IMG/VR virus record: IMGVR_UViG_3300044467_000006
Location: 21,150-85,149 of that record
Strand: one strand, 5' to 3'
Length of the DNA: 64,000 bases
Source of the DNA: a virus
In this document: piece by piece, positions 19,445-29,400 of the stretch
Numbering within the stretch: position 1 is the first letter of the stretch
Layout of the letters: each line of letters begins with the position of its first letter
The notes under the pieces: model-generated
Databases searched by the model: none
The model's input: the letters and a program-made list of their open reading frames with translations, nothing else
What the model was told of the DNA's origin: nothing
Made by a program: the position numbers and the translations under genes

Positions 19445-19760
19445 TGTCCCGCTCCTTCTGACGCGCCCTGAGAGCGTCCGTGATCGCTACGTACTTAGGA
19501 AGTAGATACATGTAATCCTCTAAGTCCACATGGTCCGACTTGGACAAGCCGTCCCAAACGATGTTTGGCTGTTTGTTTTCTGAAATGTGACGAGCAATCG
19601 CGCGGTGAGGGCCAGTGCCAATGACTTCAAAACCTGCGCCCTTGCCTAGAATGTTCATGTAGAGCCCGCCGGTCGTTAGAATCTCATGGACCGGGTTACT
19701 GCCTACGTGACCGATCTGTTTCTTGTATTTGATATGGATTGGTTCAATCTTAAGTGACAT
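19437..19760 (-). CDS. Hypothetical virion-module protein
   Basis: 107 aa; LSKSD motif. Confidence 0.5.
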   Translation of the reverse strand: MSLKIEPIHIKYKKQIGHVGSNPVHEILTTGGLYMNILGKGAGFEVIGTGPHRAIARHISENKQPNIVWDGLSKSDHVDLEDYMYLLPKYVAITDALRARQKERDNE

Positions 19761-19770
19761 ATTTGCCTTC

Positions 19771-21543
19771 CTATGCTGCTCCAGCCCACAAACGATTTAA
19801 AACCATCCACTTGGCTCCCGGCATAGCCCTGATCTTGGCGATGCGTTCGAGTGCTGCGGATGGATCAACGTGATAGTCACTAAGAATCTCAGCGACGTGA
19901 TGCTCGTTGACGTGCTCTACCCATTGGTCGAAAATCTGTGCGCCACGATCTCCGAGACTGGGCATGTAACGAAGACGATCGTGAGGGCTCATCTTGGTAA
20001 ATTTCTGGCCAGTCCATGCGCGAAGGTAGAACGGAATGAAGCTGTTTTCGTCACCAGACGGATCGAAGCCAGAGCCCGCTAGAGCGCTACCGTGGTCGAT
20101 AAGGCGAACGATCTTGTTATCAGGATCGGCCATGAGATTCTGGCTGTGGCGGTCTGGATTGCCTAGCACGTAATCGATGAAAGACCACTTAAATAAGGTG
20201 CTGTTCTGGCGGTACGGTTCCATGATACGGGTCGGTAGGTTAGGATCTTCCTTCTTCTTCTGACCTAGGTTGTGGAAGTTAATAGGTAGAAGCTCCATTG
20301 CGGCTGTCTGGTGGTTGTTTACCAAAACGAGGTCGGCTCTTGGGAATGAATCGCCAATGCCAATGTAATCAGCAACATGCCAAAAAGCAGCTTCGCGCTC
20401 AGACTGAGAAGCATCAATCTGGCTAACTCCACTTGCGGGACTATTCTTGCCAGAACCCGGCTTGAGGAGGTAGATTTTCTTGGTCTGTGGGTCCTTGGCG
20501 AGCATAGTCCCCTTGGAGTGCTTGCCATTGAGCTTGACAGGGTTGATGAAACCGCCGTTGGCTGCACGCTGAATCGCGTTAGCAACTTCTGTAGCCTCAG
20601 ACCGGGCTGGTGTGATCTTGTAGGACTCTACGTTAAGCGAGCTTTCATCCTTAAGGAGATTCGAATCCTTCAAGAAGGTGTCGAGGCGGAAGAGGTTGTC
20701 GGCGTCTGGAGCAATGTGGTACGCGGCCAATACCGCTTCAGGAATCGTATCCACTTCTTCCAGCAAGTTGCGGGCAGCAGAGATCGAAATGCCGTTTGCC
20801 TTACTCATGGACAACATACGACACGCAGCGTCGATATGACGATGTAGATTAGCGGCGTATCCCAGTTGCTCCATAGCGGCTTCCTCATACCCCTCAAGGT
20901 CCATCCAACCATCAAGATTGGGCTCTTGCTTGGCCAAATAGCGAGAAGGGACTAGGGTGGGTTCGCTGCGAGCTAGCTTAGTGGGTCGAGGAGCGGGCTG
21001 AGCTTCTTCTGGATCTAGACCGTGAGAGTAGGACTTGTAGGCAAAGTCGAATGAGCCCGGTGAATCGTCGTTGTTGTCACGCCAACTAAAGGGCGACCTG
21101 TAAGCTCTCCCTGTCTGCTCGGCCTCATAAGCTAAGTTGTATTGGGCAGCGAGCTTCTCATGTAGGTGGTGAGCTAGTGTGGAGTGCTTCCCTCCCTTGA
21201 CCCTAGTAAGGCCCATCTTGTTGCGAGCATGGGCATAGAGGGCAGTGTACATCGCCGCTCCAATTCCCTTCTCGCGGTGTTCTGGCTTGACAGAGCTAGC
21301 GCCAATACGGATGTAGGGAGCAAATGGGACCGCGAGTAGCTTACCAACAACTTCATTGGGATCGGTAACACTGACGGAAACAGTCGGAGTCCCGCTTTCG
21401 CCAACATCTTCAGCAATCGTGAGTTTATGGTCAGCCTTGAGATGTTCTGGCAGAAGATGGCTGTAGTCGTGGCTCTCCCTCGCCTCGTCGTACTTGCCGG
21501 GAGGAATGTCCTTGATAGCCGCCTTGGATAGATACGTTCTCAT
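19771..21543 (-). CDS. GNAT acetyltransferase fused to a PI3K/PI4K/HipA-like kinase
   Basis: GNAT motif A VKPEHREKGIGAAMY; kinase YLLKP...SEREAA...NPDRHSQN...LIDHG. Confidence 0.8.
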   Translation of the reverse strand: MRTYLSKAAIKDIPPGKYDEARESHDYSHLLPEHLKADHKLTIAEDVGESGTPTVSVSVTDPNEVVGKLLAVPFAPYIRIGASSVKPEHREKGIGAAMYTALYAHARNKMGLTRVKGGKHSTLAHHLHEKLAAQYNLAYEAEQTGRAYRSPFSWRDNNDDSPGSFDFAYKSYSHGLDPEEAQPAPRPTKLARSEPTLVPSRYLAKQEPNLDGWMDLEGYEEAAMEQLGYAANLHRHIDAACRMLSMSKANGISISAARNLLEEVDTIPEAVLAAYHIAPDADNLFRLDTFLKDSNLLKDESSLNVESYKITPARSEATEVANAIQRAANGGFINPVKLNGKHSKGTMLAKDPQTKKIYLLKPGSGKNSPASGVSQIDASQSEREAAFWHVADYIGIGDSFPRADLVLVNNHQTAAMELLPINFHNLGQKKKEDPNLPTRIMEPYRQNSTLFKWSFIDYVLGNPDRHSQNLMADPDNKIVRLIDHGSALAGSGFDPSGDENSFIPFYLRAWTGQKFTKMSPHDRLRYMPSLGDRGAQIFDQWVEHVNEHHVAEILSDYHVDPSAALERIAKIRAMPGAKWMVLNRLWAGAA

Positions 21544-21755
21544 TAGCCCCTCAGAAATGGATGCGGCGTTGGATCTACTACTTCGACCCCGTGAAATTGT
21601 TGATGGTCAAGCGTCCAAAGGATGCTCTCTAGATCGCCCTCGTTGCCTTCAACAGCCCAAGGATATTCCTTCTCAAGCTCGCGCTCTAAAGTCTTGGCGT
21701 CACCCTCAAAAGTTTGGTGGCTTCCGTGGAGTAAGTCGTGAATCGTTACTTTCAT
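21543..21755 (-). CDS. Small kinase-associated protein (paralog of 24995..25279)
   Basis: Shared pattern [FI]EG[DE]A..[LV]E..L..E[YF]...GDL[ED]SIL..L. Confidence 0.6.
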   Translation of the reverse strand: MKVTIHDLLHGSHQTFEGDAKTLERELEKEYPWAVEGNEGDLESILWTLDHQQFHGVEVVDPTPHPFLRG

Positions 21756-21759
21756 TGGG

Positions 21760-22905
21760 TTACCTATTCCAAACGTGTAGCGGCACTTGATAGTCTTGCA
21801 TTACACCGTGCTGTTCATACCACTCTGGGCGAGAACTAATGTCGTCTAGCTTCTTGACTCGCTCTGAAAAGTTATTCCAAACGTGCTCCTTCATGCGCGG
21901 CTCTTTAAGGCCAGAGAGCCTACTGGCCATGGTTGCAACAACTTGATCGCGCACTCTAGGCCACCAGCCGGTTACAGCCGGGATGAGATCAGGCGAGTGG
22001 AATGGCGGATAACCGTGTAGCCGCGCAGCTTGCCCCAGCTTCTCAAAAGCTCTGGAGTGGAAGTAACCCGTGAGATTATCAAATTGTTTACCCCATGCAT
22101 TTCCTTCGTCGCGCTTCTCCTGCGGTACAGTCTCTAAATCGCCAAAGACATTATGAGCCTTCGCCGGGACTCCTTTGTGGGAAGCATGGTATTGGAAGCT
22201 TCGTCCGTGGTCGATAGACATCAGCTTGGATTTGCGCGGGATGCCGTACTCATCTACAGAGCCCTTCGGGAAGACAAGGAGGTTGGCAGTGTGCCTGTCG
22301 AGGTTGTTCGACAGGAAGTCCATGATGCCCATCTTGAAAGCGTCGGCGTGCATACGCTCGTCATACTCATTAGGGTCCATGTTCTGAACCCAATCAGCAT
22401 GGGGTGCCATGTGGACTACTAGGCCGGGATGCTTGTCAAAGCCCGGCCCCATGTCGTGCTCTGAAACATGAACGGCTTGGTGAAGGTGCCCTACATCAGC
22501 AGCATGCCAGAGAGACTGGCTGGTCATCTCTGCCCACCCCTGAATCGGATGAGTTTGCCAGAACGATGCCTTCTCGGGTACCGCTTCGTGGTATGGCTTC
22601 ACCATGAACATGTCGCCATTCGGAAGGCTGTCTGCCCTCGGCACTTTGTACATGACCTTGGGAGTTTGCCCATGCAGAGTAGTTGGACCGGCGCGCATCA
22701 ACGGAGTAGCGCCAGAGAGAGCCTCTCGGTAAACAGCGACAGCGGGATTGTGAGTGCGAGGATGAGCGTCGAGATCGAAGGTGTGGTCAACCGCGTCCAT
22801 CCCATGAGGAGAGGTCTCTTGGCGAACCATATCGAAGTCGCCAGAGGCAATAGACTTAGCTAGAATGCCTAGTCCTAGTCGCTTTTGGAATTGTCCTAGC
22901 CCCAT
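21760..22905 (-). CDS. PI3K/HipA-like kinase
   Basis: FMVKPYHE, WAEM, NLDRHTAN, SIDHG; N-terminal LAKS. Confidence 0.75.
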   Translation of the reverse strand: MGLGQFQKRLGLGILAKSIASGDFDMVRQETSPHGMDAVDHTFDLDAHPRTHNPAVAVYREALSGATPLMRAGPTTLHGQTPKVMYKVPRADSLPNGDMFMVKPYHEAVPEKASFWQTHPIQGWAEMTSQSLWHAADVGHLHQAVHVSEHDMGPGFDKHPGLVVHMAPHADWVQNMDPNEYDERMHADAFKMGIMDFLSNNLDRHTANLLVFPKGSVDEYGIPRKSKLMSIDHGRSFQYHASHKGVPAKAHNVFGDLETVPQEKRDEGNAWGKQFDNLTGYFHSRAFEKLGQAARLHGYPPFHSPDLIPAVTGWWPRVRDQVVATMASRLSGLKEPRMKEHVWNNFSERVKKLDDISSRPEWYEQHGVMQDYQVPLHVWNR

Positions 22906-24965
22906 TACTCCATCCCTCCAACCGGCACTGGCAAAATCATGTGTTCGTAAGAGCCCCTCTGTTTGAGTCCCTCAATGAGTCGCTTCTCGAAAGGTGTTTG
23001 CTCTTGAGGATCTCTAGACTGCACATGTTTAAGTACGATTTCGGTGGGGACAAGGGGATTGGCAGCAATCGAGAAAGCTGCGAGGCTAGGCGTATATCTA
23101 TCTGTGCTTGTAGAGAGTCTCTTGAGTAAGGTATCTGCAACCGAAGGAGCAAGCTCGCTTCTGGTAGCTAGGTTAATAACAACGTGCGGCCAGCGAGTAT
23201 TACCCGCCCCAGCCCCCGATTCTGCGAAGTCTGCATTTTCAGCAATCGCTTGCTGAATCGCAACCGGCATGGTGCCAGAGCGATTGACCAAGCCCTCCGC
23301 TCCTTCAGCAAAGTTCGAGAGGCGAATGAGTTGGCGATTGGACAAGTGGGGGTTGAACCTAGCCATCTCGCCTAGCAGTTCGCGGTGCTGGGCCGGTGTG
23401 ACACCCGGTAGATTCTGCTCGCCTTGATGGATGTCCAACAGAGCACCCATGGTCGTATCGTTGATGCGACCTCCACACAGCAGGGAGTGGTATGCGCTCT
23501 TGGCCATCGGCTCGTCAGTATCGTCCTTGAAGTAAGAAGCCAGAGCGCGAAGGTATCGCTCCGAGTTCTGGGAGTTGTTAAATGCGGTAGGAATCTGCGT
23601 AGCGGCCTTCTTGGCTGAGCCTATTTGCAAATCCGACAATCCGAAGCAACGAGCAATAGTCTTCGACGGCATCCAAGTAGCGTGCGTATCCAGCCCCTCG
23701 ATCAGCGCACGATGCAAGGCCATCGAAGGGATCTTCGCACTCTTGGCAATAGAGGGGAGCAGCGTGCCTGCGTGTCCAGCTTGGAGAGAGTAGTCAACCA
23801 ATTGAGACAGCACCTTCTCTGTTGCGCTAGGATGCGCAGCGACCGTAGACACAGCCTTTGTGAGAAACTGGGGGTGGTAGCCTTCTAGGTGCGGGAAGCT
23901 CGCCATGGCATTCCCTAGGTCTTCTTCATTTAGGTTGGGGTTGCTAAGTGCATCGGCCCATTTGGTATTGGACGGACCCAGCAATGAATGGTAAGTTTGA
24001 AGGGCCACCTCACGAGGAATGAGCCTATCGGCAATCACTGAATTCTTATCCAATCCCTGTGCAAGAGCGGCTTGTAGAGAAAGAGGGCCGAGCTTACCGA
24101 GCCCACTCAAGGTGATAGCGTGTTCCTTGGTCAGACGCCCCTCCGCAATGCCACGAGCAATGTCGTCGTCCCTAGACAGGTCTGCGTTATGAATGGCGAT
24201 TTCGCCCGGGAAAGCACTTTGGAAAATGCTGGGGGTAACGTCGATATCCCGGGCTTGGTAGCGAGAAGCGGAATTGGAGAATAGCCATTCGTTCTCGTGT
24301 CCATGATTCCCTTGCGTTCCGCGAGGAGCCGCAGGAAAGCCGTACCATAGATCCTTAAGAGGCATCCAGACATGATGCTGATAGCCTCCAAAGCCCGTGT
24401 CTTCTACGTCTCCAAAGGATGACAAGGCCATCTCGCCCTTCATCTGGTTACTCCAAAGCCCCCGGGTCATAGCAACGTGGGGCTCGCTATTGATTTTGCG
24501 GACATTCAGCCCAATATCACGAAGAATAGCGCCATGGAGTTCATCCCGGTGGGCTAAGGCTTCGGATACGAGGTTGGAGTTGATGGACAGCCAGTGATTG
24601 AGGTGGCGGGCAGTCACTTGACAATGCTGCTCCCGGGCCGAGCCAGCACCCTGCTCCCTGAAAAACTCCTCGTCCATGGCCGCGCCAGAGCCCGCAGAAT
24701 CGTAGTGCTCTAGGTTGTTGACCCGATGGGCGATATACTTGAAAAGAAGGGCTGGAGGGGCATGCGGGGCGTGTTTATAGCCCCTTGCTAGGTCGTGGAC
24801 GGAAGTTTCCCCAGTCTGGATCTTGGACACCAACTGCTTGAGGACAGGGCTGTCCGCTCGCTTCCCGCTAAGAACGTCGGCGTGAGGCTCTGCTTGCCCA
24901 GCAAAGTCAGAAAGATAACTGGAAGTTTGCTGGCTAATACGGTCAGCCGTCTGCTTGGAATCCAT
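22905..24965 (-). CDS. R-S-E type ADP-ribosyltransferase domain plus helical repeats
   Basis: AMTRG (R), LSSF (S) and HENEWL (ExE) in ART order; preceded by CAATCTT. Confidence 0.6.
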   Translation of the reverse strand: MDSKQTADRISQQTSSYLSDFAGQAEPHADVLSGKRADSPVLKQLVSKIQTGETSVHDLARGYKHAPHAPPALLFKYIAHRVNNLEHYDSAGSGAAMDEEFFREQGAGSAREQHCQVTARHLNHWLSINSNLVSEALAHRDELHGAILRDIGLNVRKINSEPHVAMTRGLWSNQMKGEMALSSFGDVEDTGFGGYQHHVWMPLKDLWYGFPAAPRGTQGNHGHENEWLFSNSASRYQARDIDVTPSIFQSAFPGEIAIHNADLSRDDDIARGIAEGRLTKEHAITLSGLGKLGPLSLQAALAQGLDKNSVIADRLIPREVALQTYHSLLGPSNTKWADALSNPNLNEEDLGNAMASFPHLEGYHPQFLTKAVSTVAAHPSATEKVLSQLVDYSLQAGHAGTLLPSIAKSAKIPSMALHRALIEGLDTHATWMPSKTIARCFGLSDLQIGSAKKAATQIPTAFNNSQNSERYLRALASYFKDDTDEPMAKSAYHSLLCGGRINDTTMGALLDIHQGEQNLPGVTPAQHRELLGEMARFNPHLSNRQLIRLSNFAEGAEGLVNRSGTMPVAIQQAIAENADFAESGAGAGNTRWPHVVINLATRSELAPSVADTLLKRLSTSTDRYTPSLAAFSIAANPLVPTEIVLKHVQSRDPQEQTPFEKRLIEGLKQRGSYEHMILPVPVGGME

Positions 24966-24994
24966 TGAAGTCCCTCTTGCCTAAGATTGTGGCC

Positions 24995-25279
24995 CTATGG
25001 CTTCTTCCAGAAGTGAGTAACTTCAAGCTCCCCTCCACGGGGGTCAGAGGAGGAGATCGTTTCCTTATGAACGCGAGGTACAGCCGTAAAACCCTTGACA
25101 ACTACCTCTAAGCCATAAACCCGGGACAGTTCGTCTAGAATAGAGTCTAAGTCGCCAGAGGGAACGTGAAAGAATAGTGGCTTAAATTCGAGGCGAAGCT
25201 TGTTCTCGACTTCGGCGGCCTCTCCTTCAATCTTCGTGACTTCGCCTTCTCGAAAGTAGTTGATGACCGTGATTTCCAT
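24995..25279 (-). CDS. Small kinase-associated protein (paralog of 21543..21755)
   Basis: IEGEAAEVENKLRLEF...GDLDSILDEL. Confidence 0.6.
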   Translation of the reverse strand: MEITVINYFREGEVTKIEGEAAEVENKLRLEFKPLFFHVPSGDLDSILDELSRVYGLEVVVKGFTAVPRVHKETISSSDPRGGELEVTHFWKKP

Positions 25280-25280
25280 A

Positions 25281-26399
25281 CTACTCCTCCAAGGTCCGCA
25301 TAGGGACCGAAGCTCTCGACCATTGAGCTTTGTGTGAGCCGTTTTGGATGTTGTCGTTCATGCCTTCGACGTACGCCTTACACCCCAATGAATCCGAATC
25401 TGACATGACCCGGTCCAGAACCGCCGCTCTATCAGCGAAGGACTTAATCAAGTGGCAAGCCAAAGGAGCGTGCTTGATCCCGGCAACATGAGTATGAAAC
25501 TCTCGGCTGATAGCGGGCTTGTTGTCTACCCACCACTTGGCCACTGTCGGCATTGACTCTCCAAGACAATTTTGGAGCCTGAAGAGCTTGTATCCCGGAG
25601 CTTGGACGTAATCAAAAAGGTGGTCTACGCCATTGTCTCGCTCGGCAAAACGGTTGGGCGACATGTACTGCATCGAACGACCGTTGTCGATAGCGAGCAG
25701 CCCCTGCGCCACCGCTGGAGTGCCCGGGATGTTAGCAGGAGCAAGATTAACCATGAGGTTTCTGCCGCTACGGTCTTGGTGGTTCAGTAGGAAGTCCAGA
25801 GTAGCAAGTTTAAGCGCGTTGGTTTTGACATACGACGGCATTTGTACAACGCCATGATGGGAATGCCAACTCCAAGGCTCCGTTTTTGCTCCATCGAGCA
25901 ACTCGGGGTCCATAGAACAAGACGGGTAGTGATCCTCATGTAATTCTACTGCCAGCAACGGAAGCCCCTTGTCGTTGGGATACTGGAAAGTGTGGACATT
26001 CATGGCATTCGGTCCCAGTCCGCTCTTGTGAAGGATGCCGTGCCAAGCCATTTCAGCCCAACCAGATAGCGGCAGTTTCCCTTGATGCCAACCACGTAGA
26101 TACTCATAGTAGGGTTTAACCATGAAGAGCGAACTAGGCATAACGCGGCCTTCCTCGTCCCTAGCCCCGCCCACCCGGAAATGCTGTTTTTCTGTTGCGC
26201 CACTACCATACATGTCACTTAACGACTTTAGGACGTTGTGAGTAGGGTTGCTGAGAAACTTAGATCGGAACAAGGTCATAGAATCTTGTGCCGACGGGTC
26301 AACGAATTGAGGAGAAGCGTGGAAGTCGGGATCCACCAAAAGCCTGCCGCCCTCGTGATCGCTAGCGTCCAACAGCTTCATTAGCCCTGCATTTGGCAT
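25281..26399 (-). CDS. PI3K/HipA-like kinase (variant catalytic loop)
   Basis: FMVKPYYE, WAEM, HQDRSGRN, AIDNG; clear paralog of 21760..22905. Confidence 0.72.
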   Translation of the reverse strand: MPNAGLMKLLDASDHEGGRLLVDPDFHASPQFVDPSAQDSMTLFRSKFLSNPTHNVLKSLSDMYGSGATEKQHFRVGGARDEEGRVMPSSLFMVKPYYEYLRGWHQGKLPLSGWAEMAWHGILHKSGLGPNAMNVHTFQYPNDKGLPLLAVELHEDHYPSCSMDPELLDGAKTEPWSWHSHHGVVQMPSYVKTNALKLATLDFLLNHQDRSGRNLMVNLAPANIPGTPAVAQGLLAIDNGRSMQYMSPNRFAERDNGVDHLFDYVQAPGYKLFRLQNCLGESMPTVAKWWVDNKPAISREFHTHVAGIKHAPLACHLIKSFADRAAVLDRVMSDSDSLGCKAYVEGMNDNIQNGSHKAQWSRASVPMRTLEE

Positions 26400-26400
26400 G

Positions 26401-29400
26401 TTAGCTCCGATTTACAGCAACGTCGTATCCGCCCCACTTGCCGTCGATGGGCGCGTTCGGGGCAGACTCCCATGCCGCTTCAGTTGGATATTTGGCCGAT
26501 GGATAGTTGGGAGTTGCTTCGTAGTTAAGGTTGTGCTTGACTGCCAATTTGTTCCACAAGCCATGAGCCAGCGAGGAATGAATCAACCCTCGTAGGTGCG
26601 TAGCTCCCCAATGCTTGGTGGCACTTGCCATTAGGCTCTCGTACATGGGAGTCCCCAGCCCCTTGCCGGTGTGTTCGTCGTTGATGTTGGCAAGGTCGAT
26701 CTGGGCATACTTACGAGTCTCGTTGTTCCTGATAACTGGAGTATCATCCACGAACAACGACGCTCCACCGACGATGCGATCCCGATGGTAGACGTTTGCG
26801 ATAGTTGAAGGACCGAACGTTCCGTTGCTCGCGTGTAAGGTCATCCTGTATCCAGCGTTGCGGTGCTCTGGCGTCAAGTAGTGGGTTGCGTCGTAAATGC
26901 GTTCGCCACCCTGAACTCTAGGATTTTCAAGTGGGGGTAGCGTCGCAATCGACTTGGCTAGCTCTTCGTAGGTCGGCAGTTCTTCAAACTTGCGGACAAT
27001 AGAGGTGTGGACCTGCTTGCCCACCAAATCTCCGCCGTAACCGCCGCTGTCGTTTTCTTCGGCATGCGGATCGGTTCCAGAGAAATACCTGTCATCATCC
27101 ATGTCATAGCCCATCTTAGCCGGAATCGCGGTATACGTAGTCGGCAGCCAGCCCGGGGGTTCGGCGGGATCGAGATCGCGGAGTTTGGCAGCCGCATCGT
27201 GCCCGGTGATTCGCACTTTGATGTTCGGGCCATGCTGCTGACGAAGGTGCTCGTGGAATGCCTCTAGAATAGCCTCGTGAGGGTCTACGTTTTTGCCGAA
27301 AGCAATCTCGTTAATCTTGTCAAGATGATCCGACGGCATATTGGAGAGAGTCTCTAAACTGCTCGCCTTCCAGAAGTAAAACATCTGTGGAGGATTCACC
27401 CTTCCGTTCGTGATTTTTGCCTGTTCAAGCGCATGCTTGTAGTTGGCGGTAGCACCATGCCAAGAGAGGCCGGCCTTGTCCTGCGGACGGAAGTCTGACT
27501 GAATCTCAGAAATAAAGACCTTCCCATTACTATCTACAGGACGATAACGGACCCACCCGAGAGTGTGGTTGTCGAGAGGGTGGATGTCCTTCTTACCGCG
27601 AATAAGCTTCTTGAAGGTTGCCCAGACGCCAGATGCCTTCATCTGCTTGACGTGCTCGTCGGTTAGGTTGACTTGGAAGACGCTGTCTGCATCGCGCCTA
27701 ACATGCTGCTGAGCCCCACCGTATTTTGCAGACCCGACATTGAACTCCTTGACAGGCAAGGAATCGATATACTTCTGGACACTTTCGGTCGAAACGAAAT
27801 CGGACTTCTTCTTGACCGGGCCTGTCGGACGATTCTTTGGAGGAATCTTTGCGATCTCCTCGGGGGTCATATCCCTCATTTCGCGGGCACGGTCATAATT
27901 GAGTTGCTTGGGAAGCTCGTTAACGTGAGCCCTCCCTCCACCGGCAGTATCAATAAGGTCGCGGACCTTACGCCAAATGGCACTGCCGAATCGAACGACA
28001 ACGTGAGGAGACTTCGCTCGATAATGCGCGTTAGGGGACGACTCCTTCATAAGTTCCCCGATGGCCTTACCTAAAGAAACAGCGGTGTGTTCGGTTAGCC
28101 ACTGAGGATCGAGCCCGTAATATTGCAAGAGTTGATCTTGCTGAGCCATCTTACTATGAAGGTCTTTAACCCATGCCTCTGGAGCATGCGGAGATTCTGC
28201 CAGATAATTGTAGAATGCGTGAGCTTTCTGTTGCGCGGTATTCCTTGCTCCTTGCCAGTGCTCGTCTTCTCCCCAGTTACCTTCTGGCATAACAGCGCGG
28301 GCCTTTTCGATCATCTTGTTGACCGTGCTCTCGGGAAGATTGGAACCTCTCAGCAGTTCTCTATAAAAGACACTGTCGAACGGCCCGCGATCAATAGCGT
28401 CATCTCTCCAAGCTGGGTTTGCCTTGGGGTTGTTTAAGAAGCTTAAGGTCTCTAATTCGGAATCATTGCCAGCAGCAAGGTGCTTGTTCCAAATAGTCTC
28501 CAACACATTCTCGGGGATATGTTTGCTTGTAACAGCCTCGGCGGTGGCTTGTGTGACAGGCGATACTTCAAAATGCCCATCGTTTAGCATCTTATTCCAA
28601 TGTTCGGGCGCCAATTTGCTACCGTAGGATTGCAGGAGGTGACGTAATGCCTCGTCGTGCTGGCCTTTGCTCCAAGGGACATTGCCTTGAGAAGCAACTT
28701 GGTAAATTGTATACCCATTGTCATCGTATTGGTAATGACCTTCATTGTCTAAAGCTGGATTTCGGTTGAACACTATCGGCTTCATATCCAAAATGGCCGA
28801 AGCATGCTCCGAAGTAAAGTTAGGGTGCTCCATCAAAGGAAAGACGGAAGCAACCTGCTTTGCAGTAGACATCAAGTGACTAATGTGGGCAGGTGTCAAA
28901 GCCGGGGAACGGGCTAGATTGTTCTGGACGCCTGCCTTGAATTGGGGAAGGCTCTCTTCGCCCCAGTCGCTATCTCGGCGGAATCCTTCTGGATTGCCGG
29001 ATGGCGAGGCGGATGTGAACTCGGGGCGGGAAAGAACGTAATCAATCCATTCCGGCTTGGCGTCAGAGCGATTGAGAATGCTATCAATGATTGAGTGACG
29101 CTTGGAATTTCCCAAGAGCTTGACCGCATTTCCGTGATCAACACTCCGAACGAACTCCACGATCGCGCCAACGTCCGGGTCTTGCGGCGGTCGTTGTAAA
29201 AGGTAATCAGTCAGTCGGTCGTCTACGCTCTTATCCTTTAGCCCAAGGGCATCTCTCCAATAAAATGGATCGCTTTCCGTTCTGTCATTGTATCGGTCTA
29301 TGTTTCCCCACGGAAAGCGCGGATGGTTCAACCCGAAGACCGCGTTTGCTTGGTGCTCGGGCAGGGCGTAATTCACACACTGAGCGTGCTTGTCTAGCAA

